DNA from: Macrostomum hystrix
Lineage: Eukaryota; Animalia; Platyhelminthes
Reading direction: 5' to 3'
Length of the DNA stretch: 64,000 nt
NCBI GenBank assembly: GCA_950097015.1
Contig: CATNEN010000001.1
Location: forward strand, 20,708,001-20,772,000
Part shown: positions 40,506 to 51,900 of the stretch, one piece after another
Numbering within the stretch: the stretch's first letter is position 1
Layout of the letters: every line of letters begins with the position of its first letter
Made by a program: the position numbers and the translations under genes
Notes under the pieces: model-generated
The model's database searches: none
What the model saw: the letters and a program-made list of their open reading frames with translations, nothing else
What the model was told of the DNA's origin: nothing

Positions 40506-42455
40506 TCTGCCACACAGCGCGAACGCGTCGATCTAGACGGTGACGTCAGCAGCGATGATGATGTCACCGGTAGTGATGAAGTCAGCGATGACGAGCTGCC
40601 AGCTGCCGATGCCAATGCTGATAGCGAAGGAGACGCTGAGAATGAGCAGCCTCCGGGACCTGTTTTGTTTCTCCACCCGGATCTGGGCATCGGGGGAGCC
40701 GAAAGAGCGATGGTTGACATGGCGCTGGCTCTGAAGGACCGCGGCTATCGGGTGTCATTCGTCACCGCCCATCACGACAGATCGCATTGCTTTGAAGAGA
40801 CTCGCAACGGCCAGTTGGAGGTTGTCGTCAGCGCCTCCTGGCTGCCTCGCTCTCTGATGGGCCGCTGCATTGCTCTGTGCGCCTGCCTGCGGATGCTGCT
40901 GGCTGCCGTGTATCTTCTGGTGCGCTGGCGAGGGACGGAACTGCCACGGGCTGTCATTGTAGACCAGGTGAGCCTTGAGAAGCCTCCTGATTCTTCAGCG
41001 GGCTGCCGCCTTCCACCTCCTGATCCTTCAGCAGTCATCCGCCTTCCACCTCCTGATCCTTCAATGAGCAGCCTCCATGCACCTCCGGATCCTTCATCAA
41101 GAAGACAGTTATTCAGAATCCGCAGCTAATTGACTTGTCTCCGCAGGTGTCAGCCCCGGTGCCGCTACTCCGCTGGTTCGGCCGGCGCACCCTCTTCTAC
41201 TGCCACTACCCGGACCTGCTACTCTCCACCCAGCGGTCTAGTCGGCTGAAACGGCTCTACCGTCAGCCTCTGGACGCGCTGGAAGCCTGGACAACCGGCA
41301 AAGCCGACGAGTTAATGGTGAACAGCCGCTTCACAGCCAGCGTGGTGCGGGCGACCTTCCCCGCCCTGGCTAGCCGGCGGCTGCACATCATCTACCCGGT
41401 GCCTAATTTCGCTTCGCTCGATGCTGCCGCCGCCGACGCCACGGGCGACGAAGAGCTGCGAGGCTGCTGGCCCGATGCGGCCTCCGAGCGGCTGTTTGTG
41501 TCGCTGAATCGATACGAGAGAAAGAAAAATATCGGCCTGGCTTTGAGAGCTTTTGCTCGGCTCATCGATGAACAACCTGAGCTGGCTGCTAGCGCCGACT
41601 CTGCCCATCTGGTCATTGCTGGGGGCTATGACGAACGGTGAGATTGGTGGCCACTGAGTGCATTTTTTTGTGCTGTATTTTCCATGTCTGAGTCTTTAAC
41701 ACTATCAGATCCTCAGGTTGGGATCTCAATCTTGTCAGATCCTCAGGCTGGGATCTCAATCTTGTCAGATCCTCAGGTTGGGATCTCAATCCTGTCAGAT
41801 CCTCAGGTTGGGATCTCAATCCTGTCAGATCCTCAGGTTGGAATCTCAATCCTGTCAGATCCTCAGGTTGGGATCTCAATCCTGTCAGATCCTCAGTTTG
41901 GGATCTCAATCCTCTCAGATTCTCTGTTTTGGATCAGAATCATTTTGAATCCACATATGGGATCTCAATCACCTTAAACCGGAGCATCCCGTGAATCCTC
42001 ACCCCAGGCTGCCAGAGAACGTGGAGCACCACGCGGAGCTGCAACAGCTGGCGCAGCAGCTCGGCCTGTCGCAGCGGGTGACGTTCCTTCGCAGCTGCAG
42101 TTCACCCGCCAAAGCCGCCCTGCTCAGACGGGCCACCGCCCTGATCTACACGCCCTCCGGTGAGCACTTTGGCATTGTGCCAGTCGAGGCCCAGTACCTT
42201 GGCTGCCCGGTCATTGCCGTGAACAATGGCGGCCCATTGGAGACTGTCCTGCACGGCGCCACCGGATTCCTCTGCGATCCCGTGGAGGAGGCCTTCGCCT
42301 CGGCGATGTCCCAGCTGGTGTCCGAGCGCGGCCTGCGCACCGCAATGGGCCGCGCCGGCAGGCGTCACGTGACCGACAAATTCTCCAACGCCGCATTCGC
42401 TGACGCGGTCACTGGCGTGCTGGAGAGCCGCCGGCTGGCTGGGGGGAAGAAGTAA
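40506..42455 (+). CDS. ALG2: Alpha-1,3/1,6-mannosyltransferase ALG2 (start exon not identified)
   Basis: Exons ~40506-40967 (VLFLHPDLGIGGAER, HCFEET), 41147-41637 (FYCHYPDLLL, VNSRFT, SLNRYERKKNI, AGGYDER) and 42008-42455 (YTPSGEHFGIVPVEA, GGPLETV). In-frame GT-AG splicing. Confidence 0.95.
41703..41920. repeat. 30-bp minisatellite (TCAGATCCTCAGGTTGGGATCTCAATCCTG)n in ALG2 intron
   Basis: About 7 tandem units. Confidence 0.9.
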
Positions 42456-42544
42456 TTAGGATCGCGGTTTCTGCTACAATCCCATTGCAATTTAGTCAGT
42501 TTATGATCCGATAATTTGAGTTTTTGTTTCGTATTTCTGATTCC

Positions 42545-43260
42545 TAAATCCCAAATTACTGACCTCATAGTCTAAATCCCAAATTACTGACCCCATAGTC
42601 TAAATCCCAAATTACTGACCTCATAGTCTAAATCCCAAATTACTGACCCCATAGTCTAAATCCCAAATTACTGACCCCATAGTCTAAATCCCAAATTAGG
42701 AATCCCATAGTTTAAATCCCAAATTACTGCCCCCATAGTCTAAATCCCAAATTACTGATCCCATTGTCTAAATCCCAAATTACTGATCCCATAGTCTAAA
42801 TCCCAAACTACTGACCCCATAGTCTAAATCCCAAATTACTGATCCCATAGTCTAAATCCCAAATTACTGATCCCATAGTCTAAATCCCAAATTACTGATC
42901 CCATAGTTTAAATCCCGAATTACTGACCCCATAGTCTAAATCCCGAATTACTGATCCCATAGTCTAAATCCCAAATTACTGATCCCATAGTCTAAATCCC
43001 AAATTACTGATCCCATAGTCTAAATCCCAAATTACTGATCCCATAGTCTAAATCCCAAATTACTGATCCCATAGTCTAAATCCCGAAATACGAATCCCAT
43101 AGTCTAAATCCCAAATTCCTAATCTTATAGTCTAAATCCTAAATTCCTGATCCCAAAATACAAATCTCATAGTCCAAATCCTAAAAATTACGAATCCCAC
43201 AGTATAAATCCCAAATTACGAATCCCAAAGTCGAAATCCGAAATTCCTGATCCCAAATGA
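42545..43260. repeat. 28-bp minisatellite (ATAGTCTAAATCCCAAATTACTGATCCC)n just 3' of ALG2
   Basis: Tandem periodicity with a degenerate right end. Confidence 0.92.
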
Positions 43261-43619
43261 TAAATCCGAATCCCTGATTCCGATTTATAAATCCAAAACA
43301 GAAATTTTTTTCTTATAAAAGAAAAATCTATTTATTAGGTATCCTTCATTACTGATCAAGTGAAAGACAATTAGAAAAATCTATGTTTTTTTAAAGAAAA
43401 ACTTGAACAAGGTATGAGTATTTTTGTCACTATCATCACTTGATTTAGTAAATTTTATCTACGTTTTATCCATCATTGGTCAACTGCCATGTTTATTGAG
43501 ATCTTGGGTTGTGCTTTGTCTTTTCTATTCTTCTTGGCGGATAAGGTGCTTGTCGCCCTTGTGACCTGCTTGCTGCCTGCCGCTGCCTTTGATTGTTTCT
43601 CTCTCCGTCTCCCTGTCAC

Positions 43620-44940
43620 ATCTCCCTCTCCTATCTCCCTCTCTTATCTCCGTCTCCGTGTCTTCTATCTCCCCCTCTTATCTCTCTCTCCGTGTCTTCT
43701 ATCTCCCTCTCTTATCTCCCTCTCCGTGTCTTCTATCACCCTCTCCGTGTCTTCTATCTCCCTCTCCGTGTCTTCTATCACCCTCTCCGTGTCTTCTATC
43801 TCCCTCTCCGTGTCTTCTATCACCCTCTCCGTGTCTTCTATCTCCCTCTCCGTGTCTTCTATCTCCCTCTCTTATCTCCGTCTCCGTGTCTTCTATCTCC
43901 CTCTCCGTGTCTTCTATCTCCCTCTCTTATCTCCGTCTCCGTGTCTTCTATCTCCCTCTCCGTGTCTTCTATCTCCCTCTCTTATCTCCGTCTCCGTGTC
44001 TTCTATCACCCTCTCCTATCTCCGTCTCCGTGTCTTCTATGTCCCTCTCTTATCTCCGTCTCCGTGTCTTCTATCACCCTCTCCTATCTCCCTCTCCTTG
44101 TCTTCTATCTCCCTCTCTTATCTCCCTCTCCGTGTCTTCTATCACCCTCTCCGTGTCTTCTATCTCCCTCTCCGTGTCTTCTATCTCCCTCTCCGTGTCT
44201 TCTATCTCCCTCTCCGTGTCTTCTATCTCCCTCTCCGTGTCTTCTATCACCCTCTCCGTGTCTTCTATCTCCCTCTCTTATCTCCGTCTCCGTGTCTTCT
44301 ATCTCCCTCTCTTATCTCCGTCTCCGTGTCTTCTATCACCCTCTCCTATCTCCCTCTCCGTGTCTTCTATCTCCCTCTCTTATCTCCGTCTCCGTGTCTT
44401 CTATCACCCTCTCCTATCTCCCTCTCCGTCTCTTCTATCTCCCTCTCTTATCTCCGTCTCCGTGTCTTCTATCTCCCTCTCTTATCTCCTTCTCCGTCTC
44501 TTCTATCTCCCCTCTTATCTCCTTCTCCGTCTCTTCTATCTCCCCTCTTATCTCCGTCTCCGTGTCTTCTATCTCCCTCTCTTATCTCCGTCTCCGTGTC
44601 TTCTATCTCCCTCTCTTATCTCCGTCTCCGTGTCTTCTATCTCCCTCTCCTATCTCCCTCTCCTATCTCCCTCTCCTATCTCCCTCTCCTATCTCCCTCT
44701 CCTATCTCCCTCTCCTATCTCCCTCTCCTATCTCCCTCTCCTATCTCCCTCTCCTATCTCCCTCTCCTATCTCCCTCTCCTATCTCCCTCTCCTATCTCC
44801 CTCTCCTATCTCCCTCTCCTATCTCCCTCTCCTATCTCCCTCTCCTATCTCCCTCTCTTATCTCCCTCTCCTATCTCCCTCTCCTATCTCCCTCTCTTAT
44901 CTCCCTCTCCATCTCTTCTATTTCCCTCTTTTATCTTTCT
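43620..44940. repeat. CT-rich compound minisatellite (21-bp CTCTCCGTGTCTTCTATCTCC and 13-bp CTCTCCTATCTCC units)
   Basis: Mixed tandem units resolving into a pure 13-mer array at the right end. Confidence 0.92.
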
Positions 44941-45807
44941 ATCTCCTATCTTCTCGTTCTCTCTGTCTTGCACTTTAGCAATCAAGTTCTGTCATGAGAA
45001 TACTATTCTATGCACGCATTGGTTATAATTATGCGCTTTCTGGCACACCATGCTCGCAGATTTAACATCAGGAATGCTATCGCTAATGTAGTTGCTGCTA
45101 ATATAGTTAATAAAATTTTCTCTGTTTGCTTGAAAATACAGCATCAACAATACAGCAAGGGGCATAATGGCTTTCTGCCTTCGTACTTATGAGGCCTGTG
45201 TCTTTAGGTAGTAGTTCGCAATATAATCTTAATCTCCTATTCGTTCTGCTTAACTGGAATATTGCCAGCGGTTATAGTTGTGCCTCTCTTGGCTTTGCCC
45301 AGTCCGGTGACTGACCCGCTGCACTTAAGTGTAAGCTGCTCCCAAATTATTAATATCATGCTTTTAATCTATAATAATTCATTTTTCTATACATATCGGC
45401 TGTCTTCTGTTTGTTCAGATACGTTGAATTAGATAACGTTGTGATTGGAAGTCAATCCAAATGGATAAATTTTTGTTTTAATACGCTTGTCATTAATTAA
45501 ACTATGATATCAATAAACACATGCGTAGATTTAAACTAGTTTGAGTCTGCATAGCAGTGTGGGACTTGCTGTTTTCTGTTTATTTCATTCGTTCAATGTT
45601 TTTTTTCACATTTTTAGCCTCAGGGATGTAAGGCTTTTTCTTTAGTTAGACGAAAAATAGTTATGCTGTATTGCACATTTTCTTTGCACTACTGGCTTAT
45701 TTGTAATGAGTAGGGATATGCGAATATGAAAGTCAAAATTAAAGAAAGAAAGTTATCAACATTTACCCTACTAGTTTAAATTTGATAGGCAGTTCACTAT
45801 CTATGAA

Positions 45808-46413
45808 AGTTCAGTGTTGAGAGGCTACTCAAATTTCAGTGTTGAGAAGCTACTCAAAGTTCAGTGTTGAGAGGCTACTCAAATTTCAGTGTTGAGAAGC
45901 TACTCAAAGTTCAGTGTTGAGAGGCTACTCAAAGTTCAGTGTTGAGAGGCTACTCAAAGTTCAGTGTTGAGAGGCTACTCAAAGTTCAGTGTTGAGAGGC
46001 TACTCAAATTTCAGTGTTGAGAGGCTACTCAAAGTTCAGTGTTGAGAAGCTACTCAAAGTTCAGTGTTGAGAGGCTACTCAAAGTTCAGTGTTGAGAGGC
46101 TACTCAAAGTTCAGTGTTGAGAGGCTACTCAAAGTTCAGTGTTGAGAGGCTACTCAAAGTTCAGTGTTGAGAAGCTACTCAAAGTTCAGTGTTGAGAGGC
46201 TACTCAAATTTCAGTGTTGAGAAGCTACTCAAAGTTCAGTGTTGAGAGGCTACTCAAAGTTCAGTGTTGAGAGGCTACTCAAAGTTCAGTGTTGAGAGGC
46301 TACTCAAAGTTCAGTGTTGAGAAGCTACTCAAAGTTCAGTGTTGAGAAGCTACTCAAAGTTCAGTGTTGAGAAGCTACTCAAAGTTCAGTGTTGAGAAGC
46401 TACTCAAAGTTCA
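45808..46413. repeat. 25-bp minisatellite (AAAGTTCAGTGTTGAGAGGCTACTC)n
   Basis: About 24 tandem units immediately 5' of the KDSR exon. Confidence 0.95.
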
Positions 46414-46456
46414 GGCTTCGAACAATGCACCAAAGGAGTTACCCTACCATTGGCAG

Positions 46457-47497
46457 GATTGTTCGCTGTGCTACTGGTCGTGCGCTGCGGTGGCCGTCGT
46501 GGTTGCTGGCTGTCTGCTATTCAGCCTGCTCTACTGGCTGCTGCTGGGTCAAATTCTCCCCAATCCGAGGCTGAACCCACGTGGCGGCCACTTTGTGGTG
46601 TCTGGCGGGTCCAGCGGCATCGGCCTGGCCTTGTGTCGTCGACTTCGTCGCCTCGGGGCTCACTTGACGATTATTGCTAGGGACCCAGCCAAATTGGCGG
46701 CTGCCAAGGCTGATCTGTTAGCTGACTCGCCTCACCTGTCCGAGTCAGATGCATCCGTGCACCTGCTGTCCATTGATCTAACTGGAGACGCTGATCGGTT
46801 AAAAATCGATCTAGACAAGCACTTGGCAACCGTTGTTGCTAAGCAACCGTTGCTAGGTGTCATTAACTGCGCCGGCTACGCTTTGCCGTTGGAATTCGAA
46901 CAGCTGACCTTGGCCCAGCATGACAGCATGATGAGCACGAATTACAGCGCTGCCATGCGACTCACGCACTGCCTGCTGCCCCGACTACTCGCGGCCGGGC
47001 AGCCAGCCAGGATTGTCTTCCTGTCCAGCGTTGCTGGCCAGCTCGGTGTCTACGGCTACTCCGGCTACGGCGCCGCCAAGTTCGCCCTGCGCGGCCTGGC
47101 CGAAGCGCTGCAGATGGAGCTGTCCGCCACCCCAGTCCGGGTCGTCCTGGCCTTCCCGCCAGACACGGACACGCCCGGCTACCGGGCCGAGAATGCCAGC
47201 AAGCCGACCATCACTGCCAGCATCAGCGCCAACATTTCACTGTACACAGCCGATCAGATTGCCGACCAGCTCGTCAGGGATATCATCGGCGGCCGCTTTC
47301 TCAGCTGCTTCGGCACAGACGGCTGGCTAGTCGGCTGCCTGACAGCCGGCTTCAGTCCGCCTACTGGACTCCTCGACACAATGGCCCAGTGCGCGCTAGG
47401 CGGCTTGTTTCGCATCATCGGCCTGATGTACCTGAGGTCGCTGTACGGCCTGGTGCGGGACGGCAAACGGACGGACGAGGTTAAGAAGGACAACTAG
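46457..47497 (+). CDS. KDSR: 3-ketodihydrosphingosine reductase (SDR family); start codon not identified
   Basis: N-terminal TM segment, SGGSSGIG, NCAG, SSVAGQLGVYGYSGYGAAKFALRGLAEALQME (YxxxK), FPPDTDTPGY, C-terminal KKDN. Likely acceptor TGGCAG at 46456. Confidence 0.9.
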   Translation, partial: DCSLCYWSCAAVAVVVAGCLLFSLLYWLLLGQILPNPRLNPRGGHFVVSGGSSGIGLALCRRLRRLGAHLTIIARDPAKLAAAKADLLADSPHLSESDASVHLLSIDLTGDADRLKIDLDKHLATVVAKQPLLGVINCAGYALPLEFEQLTLAQHDSMMSTNYSAAMRLTHCLLPRLLAAGQPARIVFLSSVAGQLGVYGYSGYGAAKFALRGLAEALQMELSATPVRVVLAFPPDTDTPGYRAENASKPTITASISANISLYTADQIADQLVRDIIGGRFLSCFGTDGWLVGCLTAGFSPPTGLLDTMAQCALGGLFRIIGLMYLRSLYGLVRDGKRTDEVKKDN

Positions 47498-47639
47498 GAG
47501 CCGGGACCGCGGCGAGCCTTTTATCCTCTGTTCAAATCGACTCTGTATCTTTTGCTTCATCAATTAGGATTAACATTTTAATTCCTACATGGAATATACT
47601 AGTTTCTAGAAAATTCCCAGTTCCTGTTGATTGTCCGCA

Positions 47640-48255
47640 TTCCCATAGAGTGTCTCACTTCCCATAGTCTCATAGAGTGGCTCAATTCCCATAGAGTGTC
47701 TCACTTCCCATAGAGTGTTTGATTTCCCATAGAGTGTCTCACTTCCCATAGAGTGTCTCACTTCCCATAGAGTGTTTGATTTCCCATAGATTGTCTCACT
47801 TACCATAGAGTGTCTCACTTACCATAGATTGTCTCACTTCCCATAGAGTGTCTCACTTCCCATAGTCTCATAGAGTGGCTCAATTCCCATAGAGTGTCTC
47901 ACTTCCCATAGAGTGTTTGATTTCCCATAGAGTGTCTCACTTCCCATAGAGTGTCTCACTTCCCATAGAGTGTTTGATTTCCCATAGAGTGTCTCACTTC
48001 CCATAGAGTGTCTCACTTCCCATAGAGTGTTTGATTTCCCATAGATTGTCTCACTTACCATAGAGTGTCTCACTTACCATAGAGTGTCTCACTTACCATA
48101 GAGTGTCTCACTTCCCATAGATTGTCTCACTTCCCATAGATTGTCCCACTTCCCATAGATTGTCTCACTTCCCATAGATTGTCTCACTTCCCATAACGTG
48201 TCCCACTTCCCATAGATTGTCTCACTTCCCATAACGTGTTTCACTTCCCATAGAG
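47640..48255. repeat. 19-bp minisatellite (TTCCCATAGAGTGTCTCAC)n
   Basis: Tandem periodicity with an internal block duplication. Confidence 0.93.
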
Positions 48256-48937
48256 TCTTATGTCTATGTCTTCTTGTTTCGTAATTGAATTATGTATGTT
48301 TGTACTTTTATTAGATTATTCAAACGTGCACTGACATATTTCATCGATAATTGTGAGTAATTTTCATTTTATCCCTTGCTTGAATTGCTTAAAAAAACTC
48401 AAAATTGCAAATCCTTAATTGTTTTGTTATTTTGTTAAGCTGTCGGTCATAGGCTATTGCATAGTGATATTTTATTAGACTGTTGAATGTGTGACTAACT
48501 TGATAATAAACTCGGCTTTATTAATCGATTTGTTTCACAAGTTATCACACCCGCCTCAAATTTGTAACACGAGTTTAGCTTTTCTAACAAAGAATAACAC
48601 TGATTTCTAAACAGCAAGACAGTAACGACATTTAGCGTAACTTAACCGATTGCTCTATAATCCTGCCAGTTTTGTTCGCGTTGCTTTCATTTCAACGGTT
48701 AGTTAACTGGGTTTCATCTTGTGGGGAGTTGTTCGACTCGGAGCTGGCATTAACGTTGCGCCTGTCTCTAACAATCTTGCGATCACGGAAGCGAGTTTTT
48801 TTATTTTAATCGTTTGTTTGTTTAAAATGACGAAGCATAGGTTGAATATTCACGGAGCATTCAGTAGTTAATGCAGTAGTTGAAATCGAAACGAAGTGGC
48901 TGCGAATTATATTTTAGCCTTACAACAGATATTCGGA

Positions 48938-51900
48938 ATGATTGCTCATGTCCGACAACTCATGCCTGCTATGCTCCTACTGGTCATTGTGCTGAGCTGG
49001 CTACTGGGCATCAGTCTTAGCTCTACTGTGGACTATTGCCAGTCGAAGCCGTGTCAGAATGGTGGCATGTGCAGTAACGGAGACACCACGTGAGTTTCGT
49101 GTGTCCGTAATCGTTAGTAACAATTACAAAATGCGGCAAAGACGTTAATCACTGTAAAATACACTTACGTAACTGACAATTAAACACGGTGGGTTTTTGA
49201 GCATCGGTACACGCCCATGCTCAATATGCACACGAGCTAAATCGATACTAACATTATCATGAGTTATTTTTTAAGACAGCAAACTCCACTTCCGCGTTGA
49301 ATATCGATATTGACGAGGCATTTCCGATTCGATTTGCGAAAATCAACTCTTTCACCTTAGATACACCTGCTACTGCCTCGCTACTGACTATGACGGCTCG
49401 ACTTGCAACTCGTGGATCAACGACTGTCAGCCCAGCCCCTGCCAGAACGGAGGGCGGTGCACAGACGGCTTGAGAAGCTACACCTGCGATTGCTCAGCCA
49501 CCGACTTCTATGGTACAAACTGTCAGAACCGCATTGACGATTGCTCACCGAATCGCTGTCAGAACGGCGCCAGCTGCACAGACGGTTTCAGAAACTACAC
49601 CTGCAACTGCTACGAGGGCTTCTCCGGTCGCGACTGCTCGATAGACTTTGAGGACTGCACGCCGCACCTGTGCCAGAATAACGGCCTGTGCTTGGAGCGC
49701 AGCAACCAGAAGTATTACGGGCTGGCAAATTATCCGCCGCCATTCCATAGCACATTCAGCTATGCCAACGCAGCTGGCTACGTGTGCTGGTGCCCTGCTG
49801 GTGAGCGCTTTCACCCAGTGTCACTAGTCTATGGGCTAAACCGGTGGACGGGGCTTGTTTGGTGGGGTGGGGGCTGTCGTGCATAGCTCTCTCGTAGGAC
49901 TCTCGCTCCGTACGCTGTAAGCACTGATGACGCCATCCACCAAATGAACAGGTGCCTACGGCGTGAACTGCGAGATCAACCCAAACGACTGCGTGCTGCC
50001 CGGCACCAACCAGAGCGTGTGCGCTCACGCCTCGAGCTGCACGGACGGCCTGGCCTCATTCACGTGCCACTGCCTGCCCGGATATGAGGGCGCCAACTGC
50101 AGCCAAGAAATCGACGAGTGCCGCGCGCTGCCTCCGCCGTGTCCCTCCGGAGCGACCTGCATCGACCGGCTGGCGGATTTCGAGTGCGCAAACTGCCCCG
50201 CCGGACTGGGCGGCAGGAAGTGCTCGGTTCCGCTCACCGGCTGCAACTCCAGGCCGTGTGAGAACAATGCCAGCTGCGAACCGGTCCTCGTGAGCGAATT
50301 CCCCACACCTGTTCACGACTACCGGTGCCGCTGCAACCCAGAGCTCAAATTTGCTGGTCGCAACTGCTCTGTGCAGCTTCCCTCATTTACATTCAGCTTC
50401 AATGGCATCGCATCTTCGGCCACTTTCGCGTCTTTGATAGGAAACTCGACCTTGGCAGCCAACGACTCATGGACCATCGAGCTCAAGCTCGTGACTCTGT
50501 CACCCGGAGCGTTTCTGATGCTGCTGGGCGACTTGAGCAACTCGGGCAGCACTCCGCGACTTGTCCTTAGCGTAATTTCTTCATTTTAGTCACTGTTTTT
50601 AAAGGCGCATTCAAAATAAAAACCGATCTCCCTTTTATTTCACCAGATCGATGGCGCGGGTCGTCTCTCCGCCCAGCTGCTGCTCAGCAACGGCTCCCAG
50701 GTCGCATCGCTGACATCTCCTGACTCGGTGGCCACTGGCAGGTTTGTCTTCGTGAAGATCTCCGTGTCGATCTCGGGTCGCGAGTTGTCGCTGACGGTGG
50801 CGTCGGCTGTGAGGTCGGCATCGCTGAGCAGTGCGGCTCCCCTGCAGCAGCTGTCAGGCCAGCTCATCATCGGCGGCTTCAGCGGAGCTCCTGCAGCCCC
50901 AGCCCCAGTCGTCGGTGGTCGCAGCAGATCAAAGAGATCCGCTCCCACTTTACCGATGAGTGTAGCGTCGGTACTGCCGTCAAACATGACAGCATTTCGC
51001 GGAATCATTGCTGCTCCCATACTGAATGGGAACAAGCCGCTGATGCTAGGCCCTGTGGAGGCCAGCTTGACAGACAGCCTGCCAGAAGCTGTCGCGGCCA
51101 GTGACTCAACTGGCGTGGTGACCGGCGCCCTCACAGAAAGCATTTGTAACACATCCTGGCCATGCAAGAACGGAGCTGTCTGTACTGACGTCTTCTATAA
51201 TGCCTACTCGTGAATAAGATGCGCTTTTTATTATTGCTCAATTATTTTGGTGTGCTTTTGTTTCTTGAAATTCGTTATTTTTCAGATGCAACTGCACTAT
51301 AGGTTGGCGCGGTTACAACTGCTCAGCAATGGACTATTGCCATTTGGGAGCCACATTTTGTCCGGAAGGTTCTAGTTGTGTTAATTTAGAACCGAGTGGA
51401 TACGAATGTAAGCGCTCTTCGATCCTAGATAGTGCCATGTCAGTTCACCACAATCGTCACAACTTATGAAGGCCAAAATGCAATTGCTAGGTCGCACGGC
51501 TGTCACATTCGGAGGCTTCTCACAGCCGCAGCCCGCCACGCAGCTCAGCTTGTCAGTTTCTGGCCTCAGCGAGACGCTAGCCAGAGTTGAAGGCTGGGCC
51601 CGCACCCGCCAGACCGACTGTCAGCTGCTGTCAGTCTCAAGTGGCAGTCGTCGGCTCATGATAGAGTGCAAATCTGGTCTATTTCAGGTGTCTCTTGACA
51701 ACCAGGTAGTTTTAATAGCGGCCTACGTTGCTATGGGAACCCAGTTTGTCTTCAGCGTGAACATGTCGGTAGGAGCACCGATTTCTGTGAACCTTTCTCT
51801 CGATGGCGGCTCTGCCATCATCGCTATCAGCACGTCGCCTATGACTGTAGGTTTCCCTCTCAACTCCGCTGCTATCGTGTCGCTCGGTGGTGCTGACTTC

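Noticed and set aside
43489-45028. Three overlapping 460-500 aa Ser/Leu/Pro ORFs
   Set aside because: The CT-rich repeat lacks stop codons by composition, and mixed 13- and 21-bp units shift frame.
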